From an uncultured Chloroflexia bacterium (lineage in GTDB: Bacteria; Chloroflexota; Anaerolineae; B4-G1; SLSP01), in contig CAVVUS010000011.1 in NCBI GenBank assembly GCA_963751345.1, positions 32,001 through 96,000 on the forward strand: a stretch of DNA of 64,000 bases. The letters are read 5' to 3'. A program made the position numbers and the translations under genes. Below the pieces are notes generated by a model, which was given only the letters and a program-made list of their open reading frames with translations, made no database searches and was not told where the DNA came from. This document shows positions 33,854 to 43,773 of this stretch, piece after piece; positions within the stretch are counted from its first letter, which is position 1, and each line of letters opens with the position of its first letter.

Positions 33854-34798
33854 TTAGCCGCGTCCCTGCAGCCACCGGGATGTGTAGAACCGTGTCCACA
33901 ACAGCATGAGTATGGTGGGCAGAACGCCAAACCCGAAGATGAAGCAGTACAGCGTGTACTGCGCGGGCGGGGCCCACGCCTGTAGATAGGATGTGAAGGC
34001 GTAGACAAACGCATTGGCCAGCCAGTGGACCAGCATTGCCGGGAGTAGGCTGTCCGTCTTCACGGTAGCGTAGCCGTACCACAGCCCCAGGATGAACGCC
34101 CAGCTGATCTGCCCTACCACGCCGATCAGCGGCCCGCCGTTGAGGACATTGATCACGTGCATCAGGGAGAAGCCGAGTGCTGACATCGCAATGGCTTTAC
34201 GCTGTGAGAAATGATACAGAAACAACGATAGGAAGATCCCACGCCACAGGATTTCTTCAAAGACGGAGCCGAAGGATGTGAACACACTCATCGACCGAGG
34301 CGGGAGTTGTTTGGTGATGTCTATGGTGTCCAGCAGGAAGCTGGGTGTCAACGGTAGTTGCTGCCCGAGGCGGAAGACGACTGAACCAGCCACCTGACAT
34401 AACGCGTTCAGCGCCCAGCACGTCAACCCCAGCAGCACCAGCGACATGATGGGCCGCACTCTCGTGAGCCGGATGGCGTCGAAGTAGTCAAGATAGTAGG
34501 CGAAGAGCGCCCGAGCCCACAGCCAGACAGACGAACCCGATGCACGCCGGCGCATGTCTTCCACATGCTGGTGAAGCGAGCGCTTGGTCCGCGGGATGCG
34601 GAAGCCCAGCGGCGCCGCGACGACGATCATCAAGAGCAGGGCCGAGCCAGGGCTGAACAGCCCGGCAGCGTTCCGGAGCAGCGCGAACCCGAGCAGCACA
34701 ACCCACGCCGCGATGATGAACACAACCATCGCTGTCCACGGATGGACCGCGAACCGGAACCCGGGTTTGCGAACCTTCGAAGTAGCGATACCACTCAT
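33854..34798 (-). CDS. CPBP intramembrane metalloprotease
   Basis: FEEILWRG, FSLMH and LLPAMLVHWLAN; GAGGAG RBS. Confidence 0.9.
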   Translation of the reverse strand: MSGIATSKVRKPGFRFAVHPWTAMVVFIIAAWVVLLGFALLRNAAGLFSPGSALLLMIVVAAPLGFRIPRTKRSLHQHVEDMRRRASGSSVWLWARALFAYYLDYFDAIRLTRVRPIMSLVLLGLTCWALNALCQVAGSVVFRLGQQLPLTPSFLLDTIDITKQLPPRSMSVFTSFGSVFEEILWRGIFLSLFLYHFSQRKAIAMSALGFSLMHVINVLNGGPLIGVVGQISWAFILGLWYGYATVKTDSLLPAMLVHWLANAFVYAFTSYLQAWAPPAQYTLYCFIFGFGVLPTILMLLWTRFYTSRWLQGRG

Positions 34799-34835
34799 GC
34801 TTCCTACTCCTCAATAAGGTGGTCAACCCTCTGAA

Positions 34836-35027
34836 TTAATCAACCGAGAGCGCTCCCCACGCCATCAACAGCCCCATCACGGCAAAGCCGATCAGGGGGG
34901 CAAGCAGACCGGTCGAGGCACCCTCAACCGTCATCTTGCCTGTGTAGATCCCAGAAGCCCATGCGCCTCCAATCGATAGGAACAGGAACATCCACCGGGG
35001 CAGAGTGCGCGTGTTGCTCTCTTCCAT
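34836..35027 (-). CDS. Small two-TM membrane protein
   Basis: 63 aa, two hydrophobic helices, GGAGG RBS. Confidence 0.7.
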   Translation of the reverse strand: MEESNTRTLPRWMFLFLSIGGAWASGIYTGKMTVEGASTGLLAPLIGFAVMGLLMAWGALSVD

Positions 35028-35140
35028 GTCATCCTCCGATCTTGAGACCCGGTTCACGCACCCTCAGCATAAACGATGCTGTGAGACGCGTCACGAGTCC
35101 TTAGCGAGGATTGTTGCCTGTCGGGAGAAAGATACGCTCA

Positions 35141-35156
35141 CCTATCTCCGGTTATG
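35141..35156. promoter_or_regulatory. Putative NarL/LiaR-type operator, copy 1
   Basis: CCTATCTCCGGTTATG, 13/16 identical to 37510..37525. Confidence 0.5.
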
Positions 35157-35215
35157 GTTCTCAGAGACAGGTGAACGGGAGGGTGTACTGCGTTGTGAAC
35201 CACGTTCGTGGTTCG

Positions 35216-35875
35216 TTACCTGCCTTTACGCCGGATAAGTCCTTCTTGCCAGGCGTATACCGCTGCCTGCGTCCGGTCGGCAAGGTGGAGCTTGCTCAGA
35301 ATGTTGCTGACGTGCCCTTTGACTGTGCCCACCGTGATCACCAACCGCTCGGCGATGTCTTGATTGGCGTGACCCTGGGCGATCAGCTTCAGGACCTCCA
35401 TCTCGCGATCCGTCAGATCCGCAAAGGGCTTTGGCTCCTGCACATCGTCGTCCCAAAACTGCATAATCACGCGTCTCGCTACCGTGGGGTCCAGTGTGGC
35501 CTCGCCGATAGCCGCCTGCCGGATGGCATCTACCAGGTGCGGTGCTGTTACATCTTTGAGCAGATATGAAATCGCGCCCGCCCGTAACGCGGGAAAGATG
35601 TGCTCGTCCTGATGGTAGGAGGTCAGCACAATGATCTGCGTGCGCGGACTGATGTCCTTGATACGGCGGGTCGCTTCCACACCATCCATGCCCGGCATCA
35701 TGAGGTCCATAAGTACCACGTTGGGGACCAGTTCTCCTGCGCGGCGCACCGCTTCTTCTCCCGACCCCGCCTCTGCCACCACAACGATATCTTCCTGTGC
35801 GGCGAGGTAATCTGCTGCTCCTTGCCGCACCAGCGCATGGTCATCCACGATCAACACGGTGATTCTGTCATCCAT
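35216..35875 (-). CDS. NarL/LiaR family response regulator
   Basis: IVDDH, LMDLMMPGMDG, LTDREMEVL and TVKGHVSNILSKL. Confidence 0.95.
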   Translation of the reverse strand: MDDRITVLIVDDHALVRQGAADYLAAQEDIVVVAEAGSGEEAVRRAGELVPNVVLMDLMMPGMDGVEATRRIKDISPRTQIIVLTSYHQDEHIFPALRAGAISYLLKDVTAPHLVDAIRQAAIGEATLDPTVARRVIMQFWDDDVQEPKPFADLTDREMEVLKLIAQGHANQDIAERLVITVGTVKGHVSNILSKLHLADRTQAAVYAWQEGLIRRKGR

Positions 35876-37400
35876 CTCGTTTGCTCCACGTACCCCAGTC
35901 GGGATTGAGGGGAAACACAGACCGAATCTGGGTGCCGATCCCCTGTGCCGTTTTCAGATCAAACTGCCCGCCGAGCAACTGGGTGCGTTCCCGCATCGAC
36001 GCCAGCCCCAGGCCACCCCGGACGCTGCCTGGGTCGAAGCCACAGCCATCGTCGGCAATTGTCAGTGTGACCGTACCGGCGTCACAACCCAGTTCCATGC
36101 GCACCGCCTGCGCCGCGCTGTGACGGGCCACGTTCGCCAGCGCTTCCTGCAAAATACGCAGCAGAGCCTGACTGGTGGCTAAGCTGCAGACACAGTCGCC
36201 GACGACCAACACATCCGCCTGTATTCCTGTCTGCACCGACCACTGGTGGGCATAGTTGCTCAGTTCTTCGGCCGGGCTGGTCTCGTCAGGTTCTGGAGGC
36301 CGCAGCTGGTGGATCACTTCGGTCAGTTCCTTGCGCACCGCATTCACCAAGCTGTCCGCTTCTCCCAGATGCTTTCGTGCCGCTTCCGGCTCGCGCTCGA
36401 ACAGGGCGAGCGCGGACCCGATTTGGAACGAAGCCGCCAAGGCCTGCTGTTTGGCACTGTCATGCAGGTCGCGGGCCAGCCGGTTGCGTTCCTCGGATAC
36501 GGCCATCTCCTGCCGCCGTGCAAGAAGATGGTCAAGCTGCTGGGCCATCGCGTTCATCTGCTGGCCAAGCAGGCTGAGTTCGTCACCGGTCGGGTCGTCG
36601 ATCATCGTGGTGAAATGTCCCCGGCTCCACAGACTCGCTACGGCAGCCAGGTGCTCAAAACGCGCGACGATCCCTCTGGCAGTCAGCGTGCCAAAAAGTG
36701 CTCCGATAACTCCCGCCCCGAGCAGTAGCAGTATCAGGCTGCGCCTGACCAACCCCAGCGTCAGCGTCGAGATGTCCTGTCGGGTAGGCAGTCTGCGGAC
36801 AACGCCAACCAGGGCGCCGAGGACATGATCTGCGTCATCCTCCTTCGGTATCGGCACGACGAAACCGATGCGGTCCGCAGCCTCTTCCGTGAACGTAAGT
36901 TTGGCCACGTCTTCCTCTCCGGCGAGTACCAGCGCCAGTCGTCCGTCCAGTCCGGGGATGCCGGAACCGTCGAAGGGTTCTCCAGGAGCGATGTCCGCCG
37001 TCAGTTGTGGGTTCGACGCAGCGAGCAGCGTGCCATCCGCGCCGATGACAAGCACGCTCAACTGAATATCGTGCCGGATGACAAGCTGTGTGCCGCTGGC
37101 AAATTGCATGATCTCACGTGGTGGCGACCGCGTCTCCAGCGTGTCCACCCACAACGGCAGTAGTTCCGGCGCAGTGGTGAGGATCTGTCGGACCATTGGC
37201 ACCGTGTGGGCTGCCGTTGCCTGATACCAGAACTCCGGCGTGAAGTACTCATCGGAACCGAGAGAGCCCGAGAAGAGGATGGCACTCAGAATGAGCACTA
37301 ATGTGAGCAGGGTGCCCACCGTGACCGCCATGTAACTGATCGTCAACCGCCAGCGGAGATGTTGGACTGCGTATTTCACGCGCTTCCATACGGCGGCCAT
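35868..37400 (-). CDS. HisKA_3 sensor histidine kinase with HAMP domain (LiaS-like)
   Basis: Two TMs, ERNRLARDLHDSAKQ, EALANVARHS and DDGCGFD. Confidence 0.95.
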   Translation of the reverse strand: MAAVWKRVKYAVQHLRWRLTISYMAVTVGTLLTLVLILSAILFSGSLGSDEYFTPEFWYQATAAHTVPMVRQILTTAPELLPLWVDTLETRSPPREIMQFASGTQLVIRHDIQLSVLVIGADGTLLAASNPQLTADIAPGEPFDGSGIPGLDGRLALVLAGEEDVAKLTFTEEAADRIGFVVPIPKEDDADHVLGALVGVVRRLPTRQDISTLTLGLVRRSLILLLLGAGVIGALFGTLTARGIVARFEHLAAVASLWSRGHFTTMIDDPTGDELSLLGQQMNAMAQQLDHLLARRQEMAVSEERNRLARDLHDSAKQQALAASFQIGSALALFEREPEAARKHLGEADSLVNAVRKELTEVIHQLRPPEPDETSPAEELSNYAHQWSVQTGIQADVLVVGDCVCSLATSQALLRILQEALANVARHSAAQAVRMELGCDAGTVTLTIADDGCGFDPGSVRGGLGLASMRERTQLLGGQFDLKTAQGIGTQIRSVFPLNPDWGTWSKRDG

Positions 37401-37509
37401 CGCACCTCCCTTCGCATCGTACGCGCATCGGCAGAAAGGTAAGCGTATGCTCATCTCTAGTATACGTTAGGTTTGTCGACTGGAAGCCTGACTTAAGCAT
37501 CGTATCGCA

Positions 37510-37525
37510 CATACCTCCGGCTATG
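37510..37525. promoter_or_regulatory. Putative NarL/LiaR-type operator, copy 2
   Basis: CATACCTCCGGCTATG (CATA...TATG dyad) upstream of the kinase gene. Confidence 0.5.
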
Positions 37526-37762
37526 TTTCCCCCACGGCCCTACTGCCTGAGCCGGCCGTACAGATCGCCCTCGCTTACATCGTTCTCACGCGAACAAATC
37601 TGGCGCTGGTTGATCCGTGTTATGTCCGGGCAGCTTCACTCGACGACGGTCACGATCTGGCACACAGGTGAGGCTGATAGTATACTCTTGGTGGATTCGA
37701 CCTCGTCCTTAGGTGGAATAGGCTGTCACACGCGAGCTTGTGGTCTAGTTTCTTGTGGTGGT

Positions 37763-38363
37763 CATTATTGGGCGCTCATACGGACGGACATCGAGATAGA
37801 TGTCTACAGCGACGACGAGGAGAAGATTCGAAGGCTGGAGGCGCAGGGACTACCAATTCAAGTGTCACTTCGAGAACCTGCGAACCTACGAGCTGGACGC
37901 CCTCGATCTCGGCTATACGCTCGAAGAAGGGTTCACCGTGCAGGCGTTTTCCGAGTCGCTCAACTACGCCGGCCGGGTGGCCCTCGTGCAGAGCGCTTTC
38001 GACAATCCCGGATATACGGAGGCCAACCTCAAGGGGTTGATGTCATCGCCTGACCACATCGACGAGTATAATTTGGTGGTCGTCTCGCCGGAGGGTGAGC
38101 ACGTGGCGTACTGCGTGGGTTGGCACGACCGTGCGAAAGACCACGCCGGCTACATCGAACCGGTGGGAACGCATGCTGCGTATCGAAGGCGGGGATTTGC
38201 CTCAGCCGTGATCAAGGAATGCTTCAGGCGAATGAAGGCCAACGGGATACGGACCGTTGAGATCGCGTCCGGCGCAGAGCCGAACATCTCAAACTTCCTC
38301 TACGATTCGCTGCACCCGCGGAGCAGGCGAGAGATCCACAAGTATGCCAAGGCGGTGAGGTGA
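37763..38363 (+). pseudogene. 5'-truncated second allele of the GNAT gene
   Basis: Colinear with 33228..33829 (IDVYSDDEEKIRRLE...KYAKA); no start or N-terminal third. Confidence 0.9.
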
Positions 38364-38366
38364 GGT

Positions 38367-38640
38367 CTAGTGCGAGTGGCGGGCGCTGTGGATGACCGTG
38401 TGGGTGTCTTGCGTCGCGGGAGCCTTGGTGAAGTCGGCGCAGGTGGTGATGCTATCGAAGCCGGCACGCTCGAGCATCAGACCGACCTGGTGTTAGTGGA
38501 ACCAGCGTAGACTGTGGGCGCGAGTCTCGGAGCCGACCACGATGCCGTCGATGGTGAGGTCATACCTGCGCTTGGAGGTCAGCGTCTGCTGAAGCAGATG
38601 AACAGACTCGGACCAGAGCGTGGCGCGGATTCTGTCGTCC
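38367..38640 (-). pseudogene. C-terminal remnant of a SAM methyltransferase
   Basis: LRWFH*HQVGLMLERAGFDSITTCADFTKAP with an in-frame stop. Confidence 0.6.
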
Positions 38641-38644
38641 CCCC

Positions 38645-39202
38645 TTACGAGGCGACCTCGTCGTCCTCTTCTTTCTCTGCCTCCTCCGGTTCCGAAACAT
38701 CCACCGCAATGAGCAGAGTGTAGGCGTTGACCGCGGCTGTGCCCAACAGGGTCACGATGATACCGACAAGAAAGTAGGTGCCGGCGGTGATGCGGGCCAT
38801 CAGGAGGACGGAGATGATCGCTAGTCCTGCCAGGCATATCGTAGGAACCGTGAACCTGCGGTCGATGCTCTTGACACCGTGGTCCTGCTGCCGTTGCTGC
38901 GCACGACGCCGTTGGATGATCGCGTTGGCCACGCCGAGGATGCCTAGAAGCAGCAGCGGCACTCCCAGACCGAATGGTGACACGTTCGGAATCAGGAACA
39001 TGATGGAGATGAACAGCACGTAGAAGAAGCAGTTGAAGGTAAGACCCGCAAACTGCTGCAGGTCGGCGTAGGCCTCCCTCCGGAAAGCTTCCACGTTGAT
39101 GGAGACGGCCACAAAGAGCAGCCCCATCAGCGTGGCGGCTGCGGTCCCGGCCAGCAGGTAGAAGGTCTCCCATTCGGACATCGCCAGCGAGAAGTCAGTC
39201 AT
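38645..39202 (-). CDS. Conserved hypothetical membrane protein
   Basis: WETFYLLAGTAAATLMGLLFVAVSIN; five TM segments. Confidence 0.8.
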   Translation of the reverse strand: MTDFSLAMSEWETFYLLAGTAAATLMGLLFVAVSINVEAFRREAYADLQQFAGLTFNCFFYVLFISIMFLIPNVSPFGLGVPLLLLGILGVANAIIQRRRAQQRQQDHGVKSIDRRFTVPTICLAGLAIISVLLMARITAGTYFLVGIIVTLLGTAAVNAYTLLIAVDVSEPEEAEKEEDDEVAS

Positions 39203-39211
39203 TGTCGCCCC

Positions 39212-39904
39212 CTAGAACTCCACGAAGAACCGGAAATCGCGGGTGTCCTCACCTTGGGAAGTACGAAGCGCCACCCACTGGTGTTCGTCGTCTGGGGGTG
39301 ACGTTTCCGCGATGGTCCACCCAAGATTGGTGATATAGAAACGCGCCGCACGCGCGATTCCGGGCAGGCGGTAATCGTCGAGAATGATGATTCCACCCTT
39401 GCGGACCAGGCGCGCCAGGTAGTACAGGTCCACGAAGACCGCGTCGAAGCGATGGTTGCCGTCCACAAAGGCCAGGTCAAACTGCCGGCCTTCCCCGACA
39501 AACCGGGGCAGGGCGAGCTGCGAGAGCTCCCGATGGAATTCTACGAGTGCCCCAACCCCGGCCTCCTGGAGGAGCTCCAGGCCGCGATCGGCGTATCCGG
39601 CTTGCTGAAAAGGATCGAGCGCGACGTGCGTTGGGTCGGGGTTGCCGGTCAGCAGCAGGCCCTCACAGATGAACAACGCGGAAAACCCGAAGGCCAGTCC
39701 GATCTCGATGGTGTGCGCCGCGTTCTCCCTGCGGATCCACCGTCGGAGCGCCTCGCCCTCCGAAGTCGTGATGGCTACAGTGCGGAAGTCGTGGTCGGAG
39801 CCGCCTGTGTCAACGGGCGACGCGCCATCGCGATCCAGGCCTTCGATGACGGCACGGACCTGCTGAAGCGCGGCACGGCGTGGCTCTGTGGCCTTGGTCG
39901 TCAT
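39212..39904 (-). CDS. Class I SAM methyltransferase (Methyltransf_24/O-MT-like)
   Basis: IEIGLAFGFS, FDLAFVDGNH and IILDDY; AAAGGAGG RBS. Confidence 0.88.
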   Translation of the reverse strand: MTTKATEPRRAALQQVRAVIEGLDRDGASPVDTGGSDHDFRTVAITTSEGEALRRWIRRENAAHTIEIGLAFGFSALFICEGLLLTGNPDPTHVALDPFQQAGYADRGLELLQEAGVGALVEFHRELSQLALPRFVGEGRQFDLAFVDGNHRFDAVFVDLYYLARLVRKGGIIILDDYRLPGIARAARFYITNLGWTIAETSPPDDEHQWVALRTSQGEDTRDFRFFVEF

Positions 39905-40150
39905 CTGGCCTCCTTTCGACAGAAGAACCCAGCCAATATCCTCAGGCTCGCCAAGTATCAGCATAGCATACGCCTACCATCTTGGCTAGACGGCAGGCGC
40001 TCTTCTCTCCATCGGCTGGACACTAACCAAAAACCGACCTATCATGATGGAGCTGGTGGTTAGTTATCACTGATTGGGATTCTCCGTCGCGGAAGATCAT
40101 GTAGCTATCACGTCCGAGTGGGTCTCAACAGCATCGGAAGGAGTGCACCG

Positions 40151-42154
40151 ATGACGACACATATGCGCCTGATGGCCCTGCGAGTCTGCCTTGGATTGGT
40201 GCTGGCCTGTGGTCTCTTGCTTGTCGCGCGCCCGTCGGCTACCGTGGTCTCGGCGCCGGGCGACATCCAGGCGCCGGTGCTCAAGTGGCAGCACGGGGGC
40301 TGCTATTCATCGTGGTGTGAGACCGGCTGGTACTCGTCACCGGCGGTCGCCGATCTGGACGGCGACGGCACGATGGAGGTCATTGCTTCGGCATACTCGG
40401 TAGTCATCCTTGATGGCGCGACGGGGACATTAGAGAAGCGGATCGAGCACGATGGCGGCCGCACCTGGGCGGGCATCGTGGTGGCGGATCTGGACGGCGA
40501 CGGCGACTTGGAGATCGTCACCGCCCACGGCGGCGGCTACGTCAACCGCATCAACCACACCGGCGCCATCGATTGGACGCAGCGTCCGGCGACCAACGAG
40601 TTCCGCTCCCTCGCCGTGGGCGACCTGGACGCTAACGGCGACATGGAGATCGCCGTTGGGCTCGCGCGGCTGGATCACCTCAACGCCTGGGTGCTCGAGG
40701 ACGATGGCACGGCCCGCGCGGGATGGCCGCAGTTGACCGGGGAGGGTTCGGCAGCCGGCCTCTATAATGACAACATCGGCCTGGGCGACCTGGACGGCGA
40801 TTCAGAGCTCGAGTTGGTCGTCCCGTCGGACACGATCACAATCGCGGCCTACGAGCCGGACGGCAGCCAGCTTATGACCGACGAGATGTACCACGACCAG
40901 CCGGGCCACGACATGGACACCTGGGCCGAGGTACCGGCCTACGTCGACCTGGCCTACGAGACCCGAGGGTGGGGGCCCTGTTACGAGGAACCCACGGCAC
41001 GCGCGAACTTCGCCGACGGCCCCGCGAACGTCGCCGACGTCAACGGCGATGGCGTGAACGAGGTGGTGGTGATCGGCAACGTGCACGACTGCCATACCAG
41101 CCCCTACACAGACCTGTACAACACGCCCTACATCCTCAACCTCGATCGCACCCGGTTCAACCAGGATGGTTACGATTGGACTACGCCACCGGTGGACACC
41201 GGCGCCCCGATCAGCGAGGACTACAACGTGATCGAGAGCGTCCAGCCGAACCCCGTCACCGTGGATCTGGACGGCGACGGCAAGCTGGAGATCCTCTTCG
41301 CCTCGTATGACGGACGGCTCCACGCCTTGTGGCTTGACAAGACGGAGCACGGCAACTGGCCCTATGCCGTCTACACCGGCGGCGCCTATCGCTTCGCCAC
41401 CGAGCCGGTGGTTGCCGACCTGGACAACGACGGCCACGCGGAGGTCATCTTTGGCTCGTGGGTGCAGAAGGGCTCGCACGCCACCGGCAAGCTGCACATC
41501 CTGGACTACTTGGGGAACCCGCTCCAGGAGGTCGATCTCCCGCCGGCCTACGGCAGCCCCGACTGGAACGGCGCGCTGGCGGCCCCCACGCTGGCGAACA
41601 TCGACGCGGATGGCGATCTCGAGGTCGTGCTGAACACGGCCCATTCGGGCTTCGTCGCCTATGACCTGCCAGGCACGGGGAACGCCCGCGTTTTGTGGAG
41701 CACGGGACGGGGGAACTATCTGCGAAACGGATACGTGGTGGAGCAGCCAGGCACTCTGGCACGCTCGACCAAGTACGCCAGCGATACGACGCCGGCGCCG
41801 GGCGACAGCTTAACCTACACGATCCTCCTGAAAAACCCCGGTGAGACGCTGGACCACGTGGCTGTCACCGACACGCTACCGACAGGCGTCTCCTATGCGG
41901 GGAAGCTGTGGTCCTCCTCAGGTCTGGCAGGCTACAATGGTGGTGCCGTTACCTGGAGCGGGGAGGTGTCCTCCACCGCACCCGTGACCGTGAGCTTTGT
42001 CGTCACGGTCAGCAGCCAGATCATAGGGACGCGCGTGATCATCAACGCCGCCAGCCTGGACGATGGTAGGGGCACCGTGCTGCATCGCCAGGCGACGGTG
42101 ATCGTCAACGGCACGTCGCTGTACCTGCCGGTCGTGCGCCGCGGCAGTCCCTGA
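40151..42154 (+). CDS. Secreted FG-GAP/VCBS repeat protein with DUF11-like domain and C-terminal YLP motif
   Basis: Signal peptide, multiple DLDGDG Ca-binding loops, PGDSLTYTI...VTDTLP, and terminal LYLPVVRR. Confidence 0.9.
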   Translation: MTTHMRLMALRVCLGLVLACGLLLVARPSATVVSAPGDIQAPVLKWQHGGCYSSWCETGWYSSPAVADLDGDGTMEVIASAYSVVILDGATGTLEKRIEHDGGRTWAGIVVADLDGDGDLEIVTAHGGGYVNRINHTGAIDWTQRPATNEFRSLAVGDLDANGDMEIAVGLARLDHLNAWVLEDDGTARAGWPQLTGEGSAAGLYNDNIGLGDLDGDSELELVVPSDTITIAAYEPDGSQLMTDEMYHDQPGHDMDTWAEVPAYVDLAYETRGWGPCYEEPTARANFADGPANVADVNGDGVNEVVVIGNVHDCHTSPYTDLYNTPYILNLDRTRFNQDGYDWTTPPVDTGAPISEDYNVIESVQPNPVTVDLDGDGKLEILFASYDGRLHALWLDKTEHGNWPYAVYTGGAYRFATEPVVADLDNDGHAEVIFGSWVQKGSHATGKLHILDYLGNPLQEVDLPPAYGSPDWNGALAAPTLANIDADGDLEVVLNTAHSGFVAYDLPGTGNARVLWSTGRGNYLRNGYVVEQPGTLARSTKYASDTTPAPGDSLTYTILLKNPGETLDHVAVTDTLPTGVSYAGKLWSSSGLAGYNGGAVTWSGEVSSTAPVTVSFVVTVSSQIIGTRVIINAASLDDGRGTVLHRQATVIVNGTSLYLPVVRRGSP

Positions 42155-42254
42155 GCTGGGATCGCGCCAACACACCGCTCTCCTTCGTCCGGGTCGCAGG
42201 GCAAGGCCGGCGTGCGGCCTCACGAGGCGTGTGTACCATGACTGAGCCATCAAA

Positions 42255-42283
42255 ACCGGACCCGGCAAAAGGCCGGGTCCGGT
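42255..42283. terminator. Hairpin between convergent genes
   Basis: ACCGGACCCGGC-aaaag-GCCGGGTCCGGT. Confidence 0.65.
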
Positions 42284-42324
42284 CGCGTCGTATTCATCGA
42301 CAGATACTGTGCTCAGCGCGAGCG

Positions 42325-42543
42325 TCAGCCCTGTCCAGGTGCGGGGATTGCCCCGAGCTGCTGCATCATTCCCATCATGTCCAACTGGCCCCAGTGTTCG
42401 ACGAACCTGCCGTCGGCGACGCGTATGATGTCTATCACCGCGATGGATACGCGCCTGCCGGTCGCCGGAATGCCCATGAACTCACCCTTGTGAGTGCCGC
42501 TCCAGGTCTGACGGATCACGACTTTGTCGCCTTCGGCGATCAT
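42325..42543 (-). pseudogene. Ester cyclase (SnoaL-like), 5'-truncated
   Basis: IAEGDKVV...GTHKGEFMGIPATGRRV...QQLG; N-terminal half absent. Confidence 0.8.
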
Positions 42544-42572
42544 TGAGCGGCAAGGGTTATGCTCAAGAAGTG

Positions 42573-42604
42573 ACGGCGTTCGGCGCCTTGGCGCCGAACG
42601 CCGT
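42573..42604. terminator. Palindrome downstream of the DUF4386 gene
   Basis: ACGGCGTTCGGCGCC-tt-GGCGCCGAACGCCGT. Confidence 0.6.
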
Positions 42605-42615
42605 GCTTTAGAGCT

Positions 42616-43326
42616 CTAGCCGGCCAGACCTGCGGCGCGCTCCTGCCACACCTGGACGTTGACCCCCTTGATCAGCAGCCACAGGGGGAACACCAGTTCA
42701 GCTACGGTGATGAAGATCGCGACGACCACAGGCGTTGTGTCGTAGCTGGGCACCAGAAGCAGCGCGACCCCATCGACCAGGTAGCTCACAGAGGCCAGGA
42801 GCAACAGAACGCCCAGGATCCTGGGCAGATAGCCTGACTTGTAGACCAGATACCCCAGCAGCAAGACGTGGCCGCTGAGGAAGACCATCCCGATGGACCA
42901 TCCAAGGTCGTGGGCGTTGAGGAAGAACATCGCCAGGCCGTGCAGCTGATTGGGCTCAAACACCGTCAGGTAGCCGGCACCACTCAGGAGCAGCAACGCC
43001 GAGAACTGATTGAGCAGGTTGATGCCGTGGATGATGGTCATCGCGATCCTGAAGGCTGCTGCGATCAAGGCCAAGGTCTTGTTGACCGGCCGTAGCAGCA
43101 CGTACAGCAGGATGGTCAGCGGGATCTCGCTCATCAGAATCACGAAGTAGCTCCCGATGCCTGCACGGAACAACGTCGGAGAGGCGGTGATCGCGCTGGC
43201 CGTTGCTGCGGCATCGCCCGGCACGATGAGCGTGGACTGTACGTAGATCGGGCCAAACATCGCAGCCAGGAACACAACGAAGTACAGAATGCCGGAAACT
43301 CTCGCGGTCAACTTGGGTGTATTCAT
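42616..43326 (-). CDS. DUF4386 family membrane protein
   Basis: LIVPGDAAATA, SGYLPRILG and ELVFPLWLLIKG. Confidence 0.88.
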   Translation of the reverse strand: MNTPKLTARVSGILYFVVFLAAMFGPIYVQSTLIVPGDAAATASAITASPTLFRAGIGSYFVILMSEIPLTILLYVLLRPVNKTLALIAAAFRIAMTIIHGINLLNQFSALLLLSGAGYLTVFEPNQLHGLAMFFLNAHDLGWSIGMVFLSGHVLLLGYLVYKSGYLPRILGVLLLLASVSYLVDGVALLLVPSYDTTPVVVAIFITVAELVFPLWLLIKGVNVQVWQERAAGLAG

Positions 43327-43341
43327 CTCAGACTCCTTTGT

Positions 43342-43587
43342 CTATTCGGGTTCCACCCGAGTAACGGAGAGCAACGGCTTGCCCAGATCGCGTATTTTCC
43401 TCAGCAGGCTGTACAGCGCAGCTTGATCGACGACGCGACCGGTCAACACTGTGTTGCCGCACGTGTCTGTCACGATGGTCATGCCATCGAACCAGTCCTC
43501 CCATTGACGTCCCAGATGCCCCTCGATCCTGATCTCGTAGATCGCCGGTCCACGTGCATCCGCCTTCGTATTGGGTTCGTCTGGCAT
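43342..43587 (-). CDS. Small conserved hypothetical protein (81 aa) associated with MalT-like regulators
   Basis: YEIRIEGHLGRQWEDWFDG...DQAALYSLLRKIRDLG. Confidence 0.8.
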   Translation of the reverse strand: MPDEPNTKADARGPAIYEIRIEGHLGRQWEDWFDGMTIVTDTCGNTVLTGRVVDQAALYSLLRKIRDLGKPLLSVTRVEPE

Positions 43588-43680
43588 CGCCCTGTACCCT
43601 TGTGATCGATCGCCGGTGTCTCTCCCGATTACATAATGTACAGGCAGTATGATGCAACAAGGCATCGCGGTGTAGCTACG

Positions 43681-43714
43681 AAAGTACTGTTGGGGGTACT
43701 GTTTCGGGGTACGG
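43681..43714. promoter_or_regulatory. Three direct repeats, putative MalT-type operator
   Basis: GTACTGTT at 43684 and 43696, GTAC at 43709; 12-13 bp period. Confidence 0.55.
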
Positions 43715-43773
43715 CGAGACCAGGCGCTCAACGGACAAGGTCTCACGGAAGTCTGGGGGAAGACGGTCAGAAG

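Noticed and set aside
40350-41630. Nucleotide repeats GATCTGGACGGCGACGGC
   Set aside because: They encode the DLDGDG loops of the FG-GAP protein, so they are explained by the CDS
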